Source: Phoronis australis (taxonomy: Eukaryota; Animalia; Phoronida). Taken from it: a DNA stretch of 64,000 nucleotides. Both the position numbers and the translations under genes were made by a program. Positions 23,560-35,671 of this stretch are shown piece by piece. The stretch's first letter is position 1. Every line of letters starts with the position of its first letter. The notes beneath the pieces are model-generated. The model was not told the origin of the DNA. It searched no databases and saw only the letters and a list, made by a program, of their open reading frames with translations. Where the stretch lies: NCBI GenBank assembly GCA_002633005.1, contig NMRA01000817.1, forward strand, positions 23,518 to 87,517. Reading direction: 5' to 3'.

Positions 23560-25900
23560 ACCAGACTGTGTGAGTCCCGAATGCTTTATTGTGTATCACA
23601 CTTATGAAGACCGAGGTCTTCTTGTATATATATTCATAATGGATTTGAAATATCGAATGACATAATCAGCCGTGAGCTATGTAATTGCTGGGTTAAACTT
23701 AGCCTCAACCACATACCAATGTGTATTGAATTTTTATAGGTCTTCATCGCAGACCTTTAGTTTATCCCAACATGTTTCTGATAATAATTTCGGTGTTCCC
23801 AATTTGATAAACGGCGACTTTAATGCCCATATTCTTGGTTCACTGGGGATATTGACAATCAAGCAGGTATTGAGCTTTTTTATGTTTTTGTACCCAATCA
23901 TTCAGTGACATTTGTTACGACGTGTGTTCTGTTCTCTACATTGAAGTTGTGTCGCCTATGGGAAACTAGTTTGTGTGATACCATCTTGTGCACTGATGTC
24001 ATCCTCTTGAATAACCCAAAATTTGTGGAAATATGATCATGGTGACTGAAAAAACTTACTTCTGATTTGGTCGATTAGTGAATTGTGATGCAGTTTTGAT
24101 TTTGGTGGCATTGATTAGATTGGGGATTTGTTTTTAATAACTTCAATGGCATACCTATGAAGTAAAGGGAAATTAAACAAAAATTAAATCTTGGTTTTAT
24201 TGTAACCTGAATTAAAGCAGAAACGTTAGCGGTGTTGAGCGTTTAAATTGTCAAGTAGCCCAGTCCGGAGATATACATGTAAAGACCAGTCGCTTGTCGA
24301 AAATCTGATATCATCTGCCTAATGTGGTAATCGCATATCCAGTTTGCAAATTATTAACCGAAAAATCTCAGGACTACCGCAAACTCATTAAGATTATTCT
24401 TGGTCAATCCACTCATGATACATTACCTTACAAAAACTGAGTACTTCTGGTAATGGTGCCACTTCAAAATTAGATAAAGCTAATTTAGTATAAAATCATT
24501 TCATGTATAAAAAGCTTAGTGCAGTGAACCTGTTTTCACTAATTTCCGAGTCAATGGGTATTAGGGCTCACTTTTCAGTAAATGCAACTCAAACCCCTGC
24601 AAGTGAAATCTAAATACTTACGTCGAGGGTCATCAACCAGCATAAAGAGTAAAATGTTTAAATTGCTGGCAAATTCATTTACTATTCCAGTAACTACATT
24701 ATGTAATTCATTTTGGCGTTTTCCAACTAGATGGAAACGTGGGTTGGTGATACCTCTGCATAAAAAGGACTTGACGGCTGTAGTGTCTAATTATCCCATC
24801 AATACTCATTGACTCTACTCCCTGAAGTCTCAAAACTTCTTGAAAAAGTATTTCCCCGTGTATATGATAATAACAACTAAAACTTGTATGCTGCTCAGTT
24901 TGGTTTTGTTTATCTAGTAAAGTCATCACGTCACATTTGATTGAAATTATCCCAGCGTCTCCACTGAGAATCTCGGGTATCAGTGTTCTGGCTGTTTTTT
25001 TTTTTGGATTTTTGGGCTGCGTTTGATATGGTGCTTCATGATCTGTTATTATAGCTTCTTAAATAAGGAATTGGTGCAACTGTGCACGGTGTGCTTCTAA
25101 ATAGTCCTATAGGGGGCGTTTGGACGGTGTATATGCTGATGAAACGCCAACAGTGTATGTTGATGCTGTCACATCACAAGGCGGTGTACTGAACCCGTTG
25201 CCTTTTCTTATATTTATTTATTAACTGCCTTACAGACTGTTTATCCTGACGACACGCCTATTTTCATTTCTTATCCAAAAGACAAATTCGAAAACTTTAG
25301 TTTCCTTCAAATGTGGCTTGATTTGTTGTGTGATTGGGCAACCAAATGTCGCATGGAGTTCTAAGCATCCAAAAGTTATGACATAACGTTCTCATTGATC
25401 CTCCACAGCATATTGACAAACCCCAAGACTGTATTTGTATGATTTTATTGATCGTCAAAGTAAACATCTCATGGGTGTTATGCGGGTATGTTAAAAAATC
25501 AAAATCTTCTCAATTCCGGCATTTACATGTTGAAAACTTTCTATGTATAATTCTAGTTGCTATTTAGAATTGATTTATTATTTGTTTATTCTACCTTATT
25601 TCAACTCTGCGGATTTTTATACCAACGCAACTTTGACTTCACTCTGTAAACTTAGAAGAGTTCAGGTGCTAGTTACCCTTTCCGCATCAGAGGCTGTCAA
25701 GGGTTCTAGTGCAATTAGAGTCTTAGGAATTCTTAATTGGAATTCGCTCCCTCTGTTAACAAAACAGTAATTAATTATAGATTAATATCAACTTATCCAT
25801 GAATTAATAATTTGTCTAATTAAGCTATTTTCATTTAAAATCACGTACATACTGATACGTTTAGGCGCTTAAGTTCTTCACCACTGGTTCAAACTTGGAT
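23560..25900 (+). mobile_element. Heavily decayed CR1/L2-clade LINE (APE endonuclease and reverse transcriptase remnants)
   Basis: Collinear fragments: GDFNAH (~23810), FPTRWKRGLVIPLHKK..SNY.PI (~24720-24800), FLDF..AFD.V.H-like (~25000-25040), QG.VL.PL.FLI.I-like (~25175-25220) and xDDT (~25245). Many stops and frameshifts. Confidence 0.8.
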
Positions 25901-28900
25901 TTCGCAAAAAGCCCTCGGGTAAGCAGTGACGTACTCCAGTCACGTGATCGTACGTCTGGAGTTCGTAGTAAGTAGAACAGATATTGTCAAAAATAATTTA
26001 GGGTTGTGGTTTGAAATTTAGATGCCGAGTCCTGGTCAGGGTAATTGATCAAAATTATACAAAGCTGATTGCGAATCGATCCGTATCACTGTGTGAAAAG
26101 CACCCCACAAACTGTTGCCTCGTTGGATATTTAGTTCGGCAGTGACAGGTCACGTTTCTAGTGGGCATCCAACTGACGGTGGATCTAACGACTCTTACCC
26201 TGATGTTTTCGGCGTGCTGCGGTTGTTTATTTCATTTTGCAGTCAACCGAACTTTTGATGCAGAGGTTTTTGTTGACGTCACATCAACTGTGACGAAAAT
26301 TCACGAAGTACTTTCCTACAGAACGCCGGACGAATCTTTGTATATGTATGTTCAAATTTGGAAGAAGTGGAAAATGTTTGAAACGAAATTCCATGAATGG
26401 TCTGGGCATCGTTTTATGAAAAGCGGCTTTGAAACGTCTCTTTCGCTCTCATATCGTTGAACTGTTCTTGTTTTCCTGTGGAATTGTAATTATTAATTTA
26501 GCGAGGTTGTACAGTTGATTATTCGAGTAATTTGCAATGATATTTGACTTGCAATTACTACGCAATAATGGTTCTATGGCTGAAAAACACTTTTGTGCAG
26601 GATATGCTTTCTGAATTTATTAGCTTTAACCAGAACTTTAAAATAGTAAACTGTATTATATTTTCCCGATTCTTTTTAAAAGCTTTCAGTCAATTAGTGA
26701 AACTAAAATCCAGGCGGCGACTTCATCAGCTCTGACGTTCCTTGGACACTGTGTTTGTGAAAATGTCTGACACGTGTAGCAGTGCTGGTCACTGCATTGT
26801 GAAAAATCCCGCTTATCTTGAGTGTATGCGTGAGAAAAAACTGAGGCGAAGAGAGCTAAAGATCATTGCAGGAATGACCTCTAAGTTTTGGGAAAGAAAT
26901 CTAGCGCTGTAATAGTGTGTACGAGGTGACTTCAACTTTTCCAGAAATCTCGAGACTTGAGACTTGGTCAAAAAATTGGTCTTTCGATCCACACATCTAT
27001 TTCTGAAAAAAATATTAAATATCACTTGAGCAAAAGTTCGGTGTCTGACAATGAACACTATCACTCTAGTTACTGAGATAATTTTTATCTTATATTTGTA
27101 GACTATAATGCGCTCATACTTATTTTACTAAATCTATTTTCGGTAAGTTTAAAGTGGGAATGTAAGACCACAATTCTGCCTTAGATCTGTTATGTCACTT
27201 TGATTAGACTGACCCCTGTCGGGTAGGTTTGCATTCCTCTCCCGTCTTCCAGAAATAGCTTCACATTCACGCTTTCCCTTTCTTGATTTTAACCTTAAAC
27301 CTACGATTCTTTTTGAAAGGCTTCTAATTTCTTGTAATGTTGGTAGTTATTATAATTACAAGGTTCTGGGATTTTGAAACCTTGTAATGAGCTGCCAAAA
27401 TATGCACTTTTGTGAGCAAATGTTACGAAGCAGTGTTAATGAGGTCAGGCCAAAGTGACAAACTTCAAACCTGTATTAATAAAGTTATCGACGGTGAATC
27501 GTTCTGTTGAATTGACAACCAAAGAACTTCAGTTGGTGCCCGTTGTCATCTTGTGTTATTGAGATTGTGAAATCTGAATAGTGTAACATGAACAAGATGT
27601 TTATTTTTCAATCAAGTGGTGAGTATTGGCCGTTGTTGTGGTTTGTCAGCTTCAAATTTGAAAAATAAGAACAAAAACATCGACACTAGCAGAATTAGTT
27701 TCAGTGATTACGTGTATAATTTGAAACAACCTGTACCATGACTGAGATTTCTCACCGTTAATGGCCGAGAAAGTCGTACATGTATACGTGAGATACGGGA
27801 AAGCATCTGCGACAAACTTTCACAAGAGTTCAAAGAGGCAGTTTATTTTTTAGGGACAGTGTTTGTGTGACAATTAAGTCGTTAACAGTCATCTTTGAGT
27901 GCTACCCGACTACCAGTCATAGGTATTTATGTATGGATTTAGTGTTTCCGGTTCTAATGAAAGTCTATACCGGCCTATGATTTTATCTAAGCAATGAAAT
28001 TTGTAAAGTCTTCGGAAATTTCCATCACATTTTGTAAGGCAACACCTTCGTGATCTTAATGCTTGAATGGTTGCTTATTTAATATAATAATATTTCATAC
28101 TCGACTACTAATAGAGTAAGTGGTACCACTCATAGTTGAATTCAACCCGAGAACGACCCTGTGAGGGAGTAAAAAGGGGTCCATGTTGGATTCCTCTCTC
28201 CAACTTTTCTGCTAAGACTTGTGGGAAAAGTTTCACTTAAAATCTATAATCCAATAGATGTTCTGCCACTTGTATTATTGCACAGAAATCAGTTAAGCAT
28301 CGCCACATTCCTACCTTTAATATCTGACGTGAAATGCATGGCATAAGATATGTGCATAATCCGTTTCAGCACGTCACTGCGGTCCTTCACAGTAAATTCC
28401 CGGGGTCGGCTCCCCTGTTTCTCAAAAAATTGCAAGCTGAATTTTCTCATTTCTGTTCATATGTGCGGTTCTTGAAATCTGATGAACTCTACCAGAAAAC
28501 TTTAAAGTCTGCTTTCACGCAGCGTTGGCTGTTGCGCAGATAGTTTTGCGAGTGCTTGGCCATACGACTATAACTGAAGACTGCTGACGGAAATGCCACG
28601 TTCCTAACCTCATTCACAAAACGTCATTCATGTTTATTCATAGCAGTGCCTTTAGCTTAATTCATATGCTTTTCATACAGATATTTATTTTGTGATAAAT
28701 AGTGCAACAATAGATTCATTGAGCTACCTGCATGTATTTGCTTAACATGAAATATGTACTGTTAATCCAATTTGCTGACTATGGGAAAATTTTGCGTATC
28801 CGGGGAGAACTTTTAGACTTATTTTAGTTGGCCTGTGTGTATTGTCATTCTAAGTGTGTCCCGATCAACTTCTGTTTACCTTTGCAACGTTCTGTTTTAT

Positions 28901-30167
28901 TGCAATGTTCACTCTGGAATGATCATTTCGGTTTTATGGTAAATCGCCGTGCGTCACAATTTATTTCGAAGCACTGTTTAAAGCCGAAGCATATGTCGCA
29001 AAGACCTGAAACTGTAAAGTCGTATTGAACTCTGAAAGTAACTTTTCATAAATATATTCTTGGTGTTTTATCTCTCTGTATTACCTGTGAAGATTGTATT
29101 AAGACGAATTTACTCCTGATAAAGAGTTAGGCAGAAGTAATACGTTGTTCGTAGCATGTCGCATTCAATTGAGTTTTAACAATCTCGCTGGCAACACGAT
29201 GAACCGATGATGTTTAATGAGGCTGATTTTCGCGCGAGATTGAAGACAAGCGATCCTCGATCGAACAAGACTCGTTCACTATTGTTGTTGCGTCGCTACT
29301 GAAATCTCGGCGATGAGACCACTGATCAATTATTAATGCGATTTATATTATTAGCCAATAATGATTTATTCTGTTTGGTTTCTGCGTCGGAGGGGAGTCA
29401 CTCCGCATAATTAGCAGGGGTGTTGTTCAGCTGTAACGGGACGCAATCAGTTTAGGTCTTATATATACATATTTGGGACAGGATAGTCTTATTGAAAACA
29501 AAATAGCTTTGATGACAAATTACGTTATTAAATTATGTTTCTTTAAAAGTTAGAGTAATTTGGTGAAATCACCACTATCATTATTGCTCAGCTAAAGTAG
29601 TGTCGTGTCGTTTGATATACTCTTGTGGGTTTGGCGAATCTTTATTCTGTTTCAAAGCTTCACTGCCCCAGTAACAGGCAATGTAACCTGATGATGTATG
29701 ATTAATAGGCTAAAACGACGTCTTACACCCCTGATTTCAGTATTTCTGTAATGTTTTGTTTTCTTACTTAAATGAGTTACGGGTCCTAAATGAGACAGGA
29801 TAATTCATTAAATCTACCGTCAGTTACGTACTGTACAAGGATGTAAATCAGACCTACTATCGACCAGTGCTTGAAACTGAGTTACTTTCGAATGTGTTAT
29901 GCGTCGTGTCTACACCGTCTGCACTTACAAAGTGCACCCCCGGAAATCTAGCGTGGAATGGTACCCTGGGTAATCCGTCTCTGGGACCAATGCTGTTAAC
30001 CTATTCATTCCATGACTATTCTTCCAATACTAATTCTTATTCATAGTTAACTACAATCGACATAATAACTTGGCGCGGTTGTCCGGCAGCCTTTCACTCT
30101 TGCCGGCGACAGCAGCTGTGACGAACCTCATCGATACCCTGTAGATATTTCGCCGAACGCGAAAAAA

Positions 30168-31490
30168 ATGTTCTGCAATCTGTTTGTTTGGATTTCTTTT
30201 TTATTCATTCGCTCCGTTTTCAAGCTGATTCAGCGAGCGTGGTGGATTGTGACTGGACTGAGTAAGCAACTAGCCGAAAACCAAACGGGAGGTTTCGAGC
30301 AATGTGCGCAAGTCTTGGACATTCGTTCTAGGCGTATCAACACGCTGAGTCGCGTAGCCACCCGGAAGCATTTCATCGCGACACATAGCCACTTTGAGCA
30401 TCCGCATTGCATTTTGACTGACGAAGTTACCCTCTATAGCGTCTCCGAATATGAGGCTGTGTTCGTGCGTGCGGAAAAGGGTGTTTACGTGACCGATTCC
30501 GATCGCCACCCTTTCCTCAGTTTTGCTCAATTTAATCACGCGCGCCAGTTGATCATCATTCCCATCAAGCATTTCCATCGTCTTGCTAACGATCTTGGCG
30601 ATCCGGCTCATCCCGTTATCCACATGGCTAACACCGGCCGTTGTGGCTCTACGCTGCTGTCACAGATGTTGGAGACGCTGCCTGGAGTCATCTCTTTTGC
30701 CGAGCCGTATGTCTTCTGTAACGTTCACTTCATGGAAGCTAGTGGCTCATTGGACCACGAACAGGCAAACTTATACGCCCGGAGCTGTTTGCGACTTCTG
30801 TGCAAATCGCAGAGAAAGGATACTACCACGTACTTTATTAAACAGCGCCCAAGTTCAGACTGTATCGAGTACATGACGGCGGCTTTGCCAGATGTAAAGC
30901 ACATTTTCATGTACCGCGCTAATGCTCTCAACTGCGCAGTCTCTTATTGGAAATTCTATAGAACAATGGAAGTGGGTATGATGTACAGGATCAAGGAGTC
31001 GTGGTTCGTGAAGACCTTCTGTCCATCTCTTGCCAAATATATCTGCGAGACTCTGATGACGCTCAACTGTACCATCGTATGGTGGCGTAAGGAAGATAGT
31101 TACTCCGACCTTCCTTTTTTAGACATTCTATTTCTACGATATGCGCGCAAGTGCCAAATTTACGAATCACGTAGAAATAAGCACAATATCGGCGGTATTC
31201 GTTACGAAGACCTTATTCACAACACAGAAAACGCTTGCAGAGCGATTGCGGACCATTGTGGTCTTCCTGAAGAATTCGTTCGCCTTGCACCGGAAGCACT
31301 GAAGAAAGACTCTCAAGCAGGCACCATCATCAGTCGCAAACAACTGTCGAAGCTCGACTCGCCGATCGACGACATAACCATGGCGCGCCTGTCGGACATG
31401 TGTAACAAGTTTGGAATTCCATCTTTCGACAAAGAATGGTGTTTGCCTGGTACCATTACTGCGCCTTCTATGGCTAAACTGTCTTTGTAA
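30168..31490 (+). CDS. Single-exon P-loop sulfotransferase-fold protein, 440 aa, with N-terminal hydrophobic anchor
   Basis: Uninterrupted ORF with aaaATG start. PAPS 5'-PSB-like loop NTGRCGSTLLSQM, IFMYR strand (3'-PB-like) and RYEDL motif. Hydrophobic residues 1-30. Confidence 0.88.
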   Translation: MFCNLFVWISFLFIRSVFKLIQRAWWIVTGLSKQLAENQTGGFEQCAQVLDIRSRRINTLSRVATRKHFIATHSHFEHPHCILTDEVTLYSVSEYEAVFVRAEKGVYVTDSDRHPFLSFAQFNHARQLIIIPIKHFHRLANDLGDPAHPVIHMANTGRCGSTLLSQMLETLPGVISFAEPYVFCNVHFMEASGSLDHEQANLYARSCLRLLCKSQRKDTTTYFIKQRPSSDCIEYMTAALPDVKHIFMYRANALNCAVSYWKFYRTMEVGMMYRIKESWFVKTFCPSLAKYICETLMTLNCTIVWWRKEDSYSDLPFLDILFLRYARKCQIYESRRNKHNIGGIRYEDLIHNTENACRAIADHCGLPEEFVRLAPEALKKDSQAGTIISRKQLSKLDSPIDDITMARLSDMCNKFGIPSFDKEWCLPGTITAPSMAKLSL

Positions 31491-32699
31491 ATCTGGACGC
31501 ATTTTGCACCTGACTTCAGATACTCGGTGAATCCCAATAGATGTCGCTGTTTTGATATTTGCGTGCACCCAGGGTGACATTTTTGTCTTAGATATGTTTT
31601 ATTAGCGTGGTACTTTAGAAATTACTCGTACACACGTTTGTAGTTGTGACTGTGTGATTTAGTTGTTTCTTAATATATTGCTGTTACTGACGCAACGTAT
31701 ATGAGTTTTTTTTTTATTTTCGTTGTTTGAAAAGATATTCATTTACTATTTTTCGCCAATCACAGGAAGGACAAGGGTTTTTTTAGAGAGTCCTACTGCC
31801 ATCCTGTGTTATGTCCATCACAACGAATGAATTATGCGACACGACTTTTAATCAGTCACTATGTGGTGAGACCGGCTCGACCGTGAATCGGCTCACCAAG
31901 AACTCTCAAACATCATGTCGTGGCAATCGACGACATGAGTCCACTCCAAGAGTACTTCAGCAAAAAGCCGTTTTAAGTTTAGACTATACGTACAAGGGAA
32001 GTGGCAGAAATGGAGCCCATAGCTACTATAAAATGCCATTTAGCATTGTTTTTGAAGCCTTAAATTACAAGATAACAGCATGACTTTTTCGAGTGAAATT
32101 GTCGCAGGCAGTTACTATGACTAACTTGTGGAGATAACTCTGACCAAATATCACTGAGTAAGATAATACAGGCTGATGTTGGCTTACAAAGAGAACTTAT
32201 AACTGCGTAGATGACTAGTGTGGTGCTGTAAGAATTCAATGGTTCAGTCGTGAGTTGCGAAACGTTGACTGAGCATGCTATCCCGTTAAGCCAAGTTGAG
32301 TCGCGTTGATGGCGGGCTTAACAATTTGGTTTTACGGAGTTGATCTGTATTGATTAATTTTTTCCTAATGGGAAAGTTTATTACCGGTAAGCTCTTCTTC
32401 TTGGTAATCTCATGGGCTAACTTATTGATTGCTGTAATTAGATCAACAGCTTAATGTTAAAGGAAGTTACCACGTCTTGTAGAATACTTTATCACTGCGT
32501 GTTTGAGTTCAATCGCTTACCGGAAGTGTTATATATGATGGAGGTAACTGTTATCGTGTATCAGTAAGATAATATACGCTAGTGCTGACTTACGAAGTAA
32601 ATGCGACTCAGTCGTGATCGAGACGGTCTTGCCACCTGGTAACTAAGGTCAATCTCGTTATGTTAATAAAAATGAAATGTACCTGCTGTATATAAAACA

Positions 32700-32850
32700 T
32701 ACTTCTCCCTCTCTCCCCCCTCCCTCCCTCCCTCCTCCGCTCCCTCCCTCCCTCCCTNNNNNNNNNNNNNNNNNNNNNNNNNNNNNNNNNNNNNNNNNNC
32801 TTCTCTCTCCCTTCGCCCCTCCCTCCCACCCTCCTCCTCTCTACCCCCTC
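32700..32850. repeat. C/T-rich simple repeat containing an assembly gap (N 32758-32799)
   Basis: (CCCT)n-like tract on both sides of the Ns. Confidence 0.9.
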
Positions 32851-35355
32851 AGTCCTGTTCACTCCGGATCGGACAGTGGGTACTGTACTCAGGATCAACA
32901 TTTCTCCACCTCTTGACACCTACATGTAGGCATGCCACGTGGAACACAGTGAAAGCCTGTAGTGTCACTCCACAGACACACAAAAACAGCGATTGACATG
33001 AACAATGGCATTTTTGAACCAGAATGGCATCTTTATCGTCGTAAACGCAAAAGTTAAACTAACTCTCAAAGTTTAAGTTAAAGGGTGAAAAACCTCAATA
33101 TTGAGTTAAATACTCACTTCATCAGCAAATTTTTCTTAATAATCATAAAGTTTTCTAAAATCCGGTTCATGTGAATTGAGGTCTTTTGAAAGAGCACCTT
33201 TTCGGGGACGCTGTGCAAGGGGTGCAATTTTCGCAAGTTCCCAATAAATGTTGGCATACGGCTACAACTTCTAAAAGCGCACGTAAATGCACTCACACTA
33301 GGGCGCGCTACTGAGCGAACTTAAGAATCATCACTGCATTGATGGGGTGCAACAGAGCATCAATTTCAAGCATGGTTTATTCTCATTGGATATTGCACAG
33401 GAGCCTATTTGCGATTATAGGCTCAGGTTCAAATGTAGGCTCATATATGGGTCTAAATACGCGCATGCAGGGTAAAAATTTAACTTTGTAACTATCGACC
33501 ATTGAAGTTCGCAAGATATATGGTGACATTTTAAAAATCTGTAAAGAATTTCTTTCTCATTAACTGTTGTTCCGAAGTAGCTGTTTACATTTTATGTGTA
33601 CTTAATTTATCTTTCAAATGTTTTGAGCTTGGGAACATCCAGCAAGCTTAGGTTGTTTAATTAGACATATACCATATCTATCAACAATACGATCAAGACC
33701 CAGGATCGAGGAATTTTTATTGTGTTGAATATTAACTATTTACTATCAAAACAAGTACAAATTATTTGAGGTGATTATTTTTGTTGTTAAGATCAGCCAT
33801 GTTATGAACCACTTGTTGGATATGTTCGGTAAAAAATAGCGATATTTTACTTGCGCGCATTGATCTTTGTATACTCTTTTCATAGGCTGTGACGATCAGT
33901 GTCAGATTTTTATGACGTATCTTCATTTAAATGTTCACAAATCGTGTTTTATTAACTAGAAGCTTACGAAAATTGTCCAATATTGGACGAAACGGTCTCA
34001 CCAGCTGGTGACTGATGCAGTAATCAAGGCTGGATGTGAGATACGAATGTCCGAGACGCTGACGACTCCTATCGGGTAAAATGGAAAAGCTGTCTGCGTT
34101 TGTTGTAGTGACGCGTTTTTCTTAGTGAAGCACTGGATATGGCTGTTTAGAATTCTTGGTCAGGTTGCATTTAGATATTGGCCTTTGTGATCATGATTAT
34201 TTTGCGTTCTCGATTGCTTGTGACTTGAGAGCATCAGGAATGCTTGCATGACCTGCATATTCGTTTATTTATTATTAGTTTCGTATATTGAACGTTAAGC
34301 CGTGGATCTTTGTATTTTATTGCTTTCACAGTGGAATGACTTTTGTCAGAAAGGGCACACGCCATAGAGATTACATGTAATTGAAGAAACGGTACAACAT
34401 TCACCTCTATTGGTTTATATTAACCTCCCAGTTAAAACTGCATTTCGCTGCTGTTTGGTTGTTCATCATGAACAAGATTGATATCTGGTTGCTTATTTTT
34501 GATTGCATTGTCCAGCTGTCAAAGTAATGTCTATTGAGAGACGTGTGGGCTCTTTCGTGAGTTTTCGCAAACATCAGTTTGCAAAGAAATTTGGAATGTG
34601 CTACCTGGATTTTAACATGATCTTTTTTAAGCTCACGTTTGATGCTGAACTCTTAACCGAGTCGCTTTGGGGCTTGAAACATCACCACACTCACCCCATC
34701 TTGAAGTGTTGCCGAACTGAGAACTCTGCTCTAGTTACAGGTGAATGCTGCCACTGTAAGTTTGGCCAACCTCAATGAACTCGAAAGCACATTCTTGACT
34801 CTCTGATGCTTTCGATGTTGTAAAATAGTAACGTATACTATCCAGTTATAGAATGTGAAGACTGGACCTGCACTAAAAGTACAGATGCCAGGTGAATTGG
34901 AAAGAGGCGTTTGTTCCGTGTTCATTATAGTCTCCTTGACGAATGTTTACCATCCGTGCCACAAAAGGAAGTGACGCATACGTCGCGGCAAAAGACACAC
35001 CACATTAGACATAGTTCGCCTTTCGCGCCCATTCCGAGCTAACACGAATAACTGTGACATGCAAAGTGTGTCGATGCTTTTATTTTCAGTAAGAATATTG
35101 ATTTGTAATCATAAGTTATGCAACTGCAAACTTTCACTTTTACTGAGGGTGATGATTTTTTCCGAATTCCATATTTCGGTTCCACTCACCAATAGAAACG
35201 CCGTTTTATGGTTTTGGTTGTCTTTTTGTCTGAATGGCGATTTCACACCTGTAGATGGATAATTTATTACTGAGTTTCTGCCTTGTTCCAAAGGCTTTTA
35301 ATCTCAATTGAAATCGTTCTTTGCCAAACTACTTGGGCTATTTCTACAATATCTC

Positions 35356-35671
35356 CATAGGCAGAGTAAGGGGGGGGGGGCAGGGCCCCCCACCTTGGCT
35401 GCCGCAGGAAAATTGAAACAGCAACAGCGTGAAGAAATACCAGTAACTAGAACCGGTATGGGATGAGGGGGAGGGGGCTCAGATTCCAGAGCAAATGTGT
35501 TCCCGATTTCTTTTTTTAGTCCACCGATAGATTTCCTGAACGGAAGGTCCTGAACCGAACCCCCGCAATTTACAACTTTCGGGCCCACGTGCACATACAA
35601 TCGCGTTTTGTCCTATTCCCCGAGGCAACATGTTGCCCCCCCCCCGTTATGGTTTCCTAGATCCGTCACTG
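35356..35671. mobile_element. GC-rich MITE-like insertion; related 5' fragment at ~36492-36548
   Basis: CATAGGCAGA ... ATCCGTCACTG termini. GGGCCCCCC..TTGGCTGCCGCA..AAACAGCAA is shared with the ~36492 fragment. Confidence 0.55.

Noticed and set aside
30230-31580. Several ORFs overlapping the sulfotransferase CDS
   Set aside because: Shadow ORFs of a GC-richer coding region.
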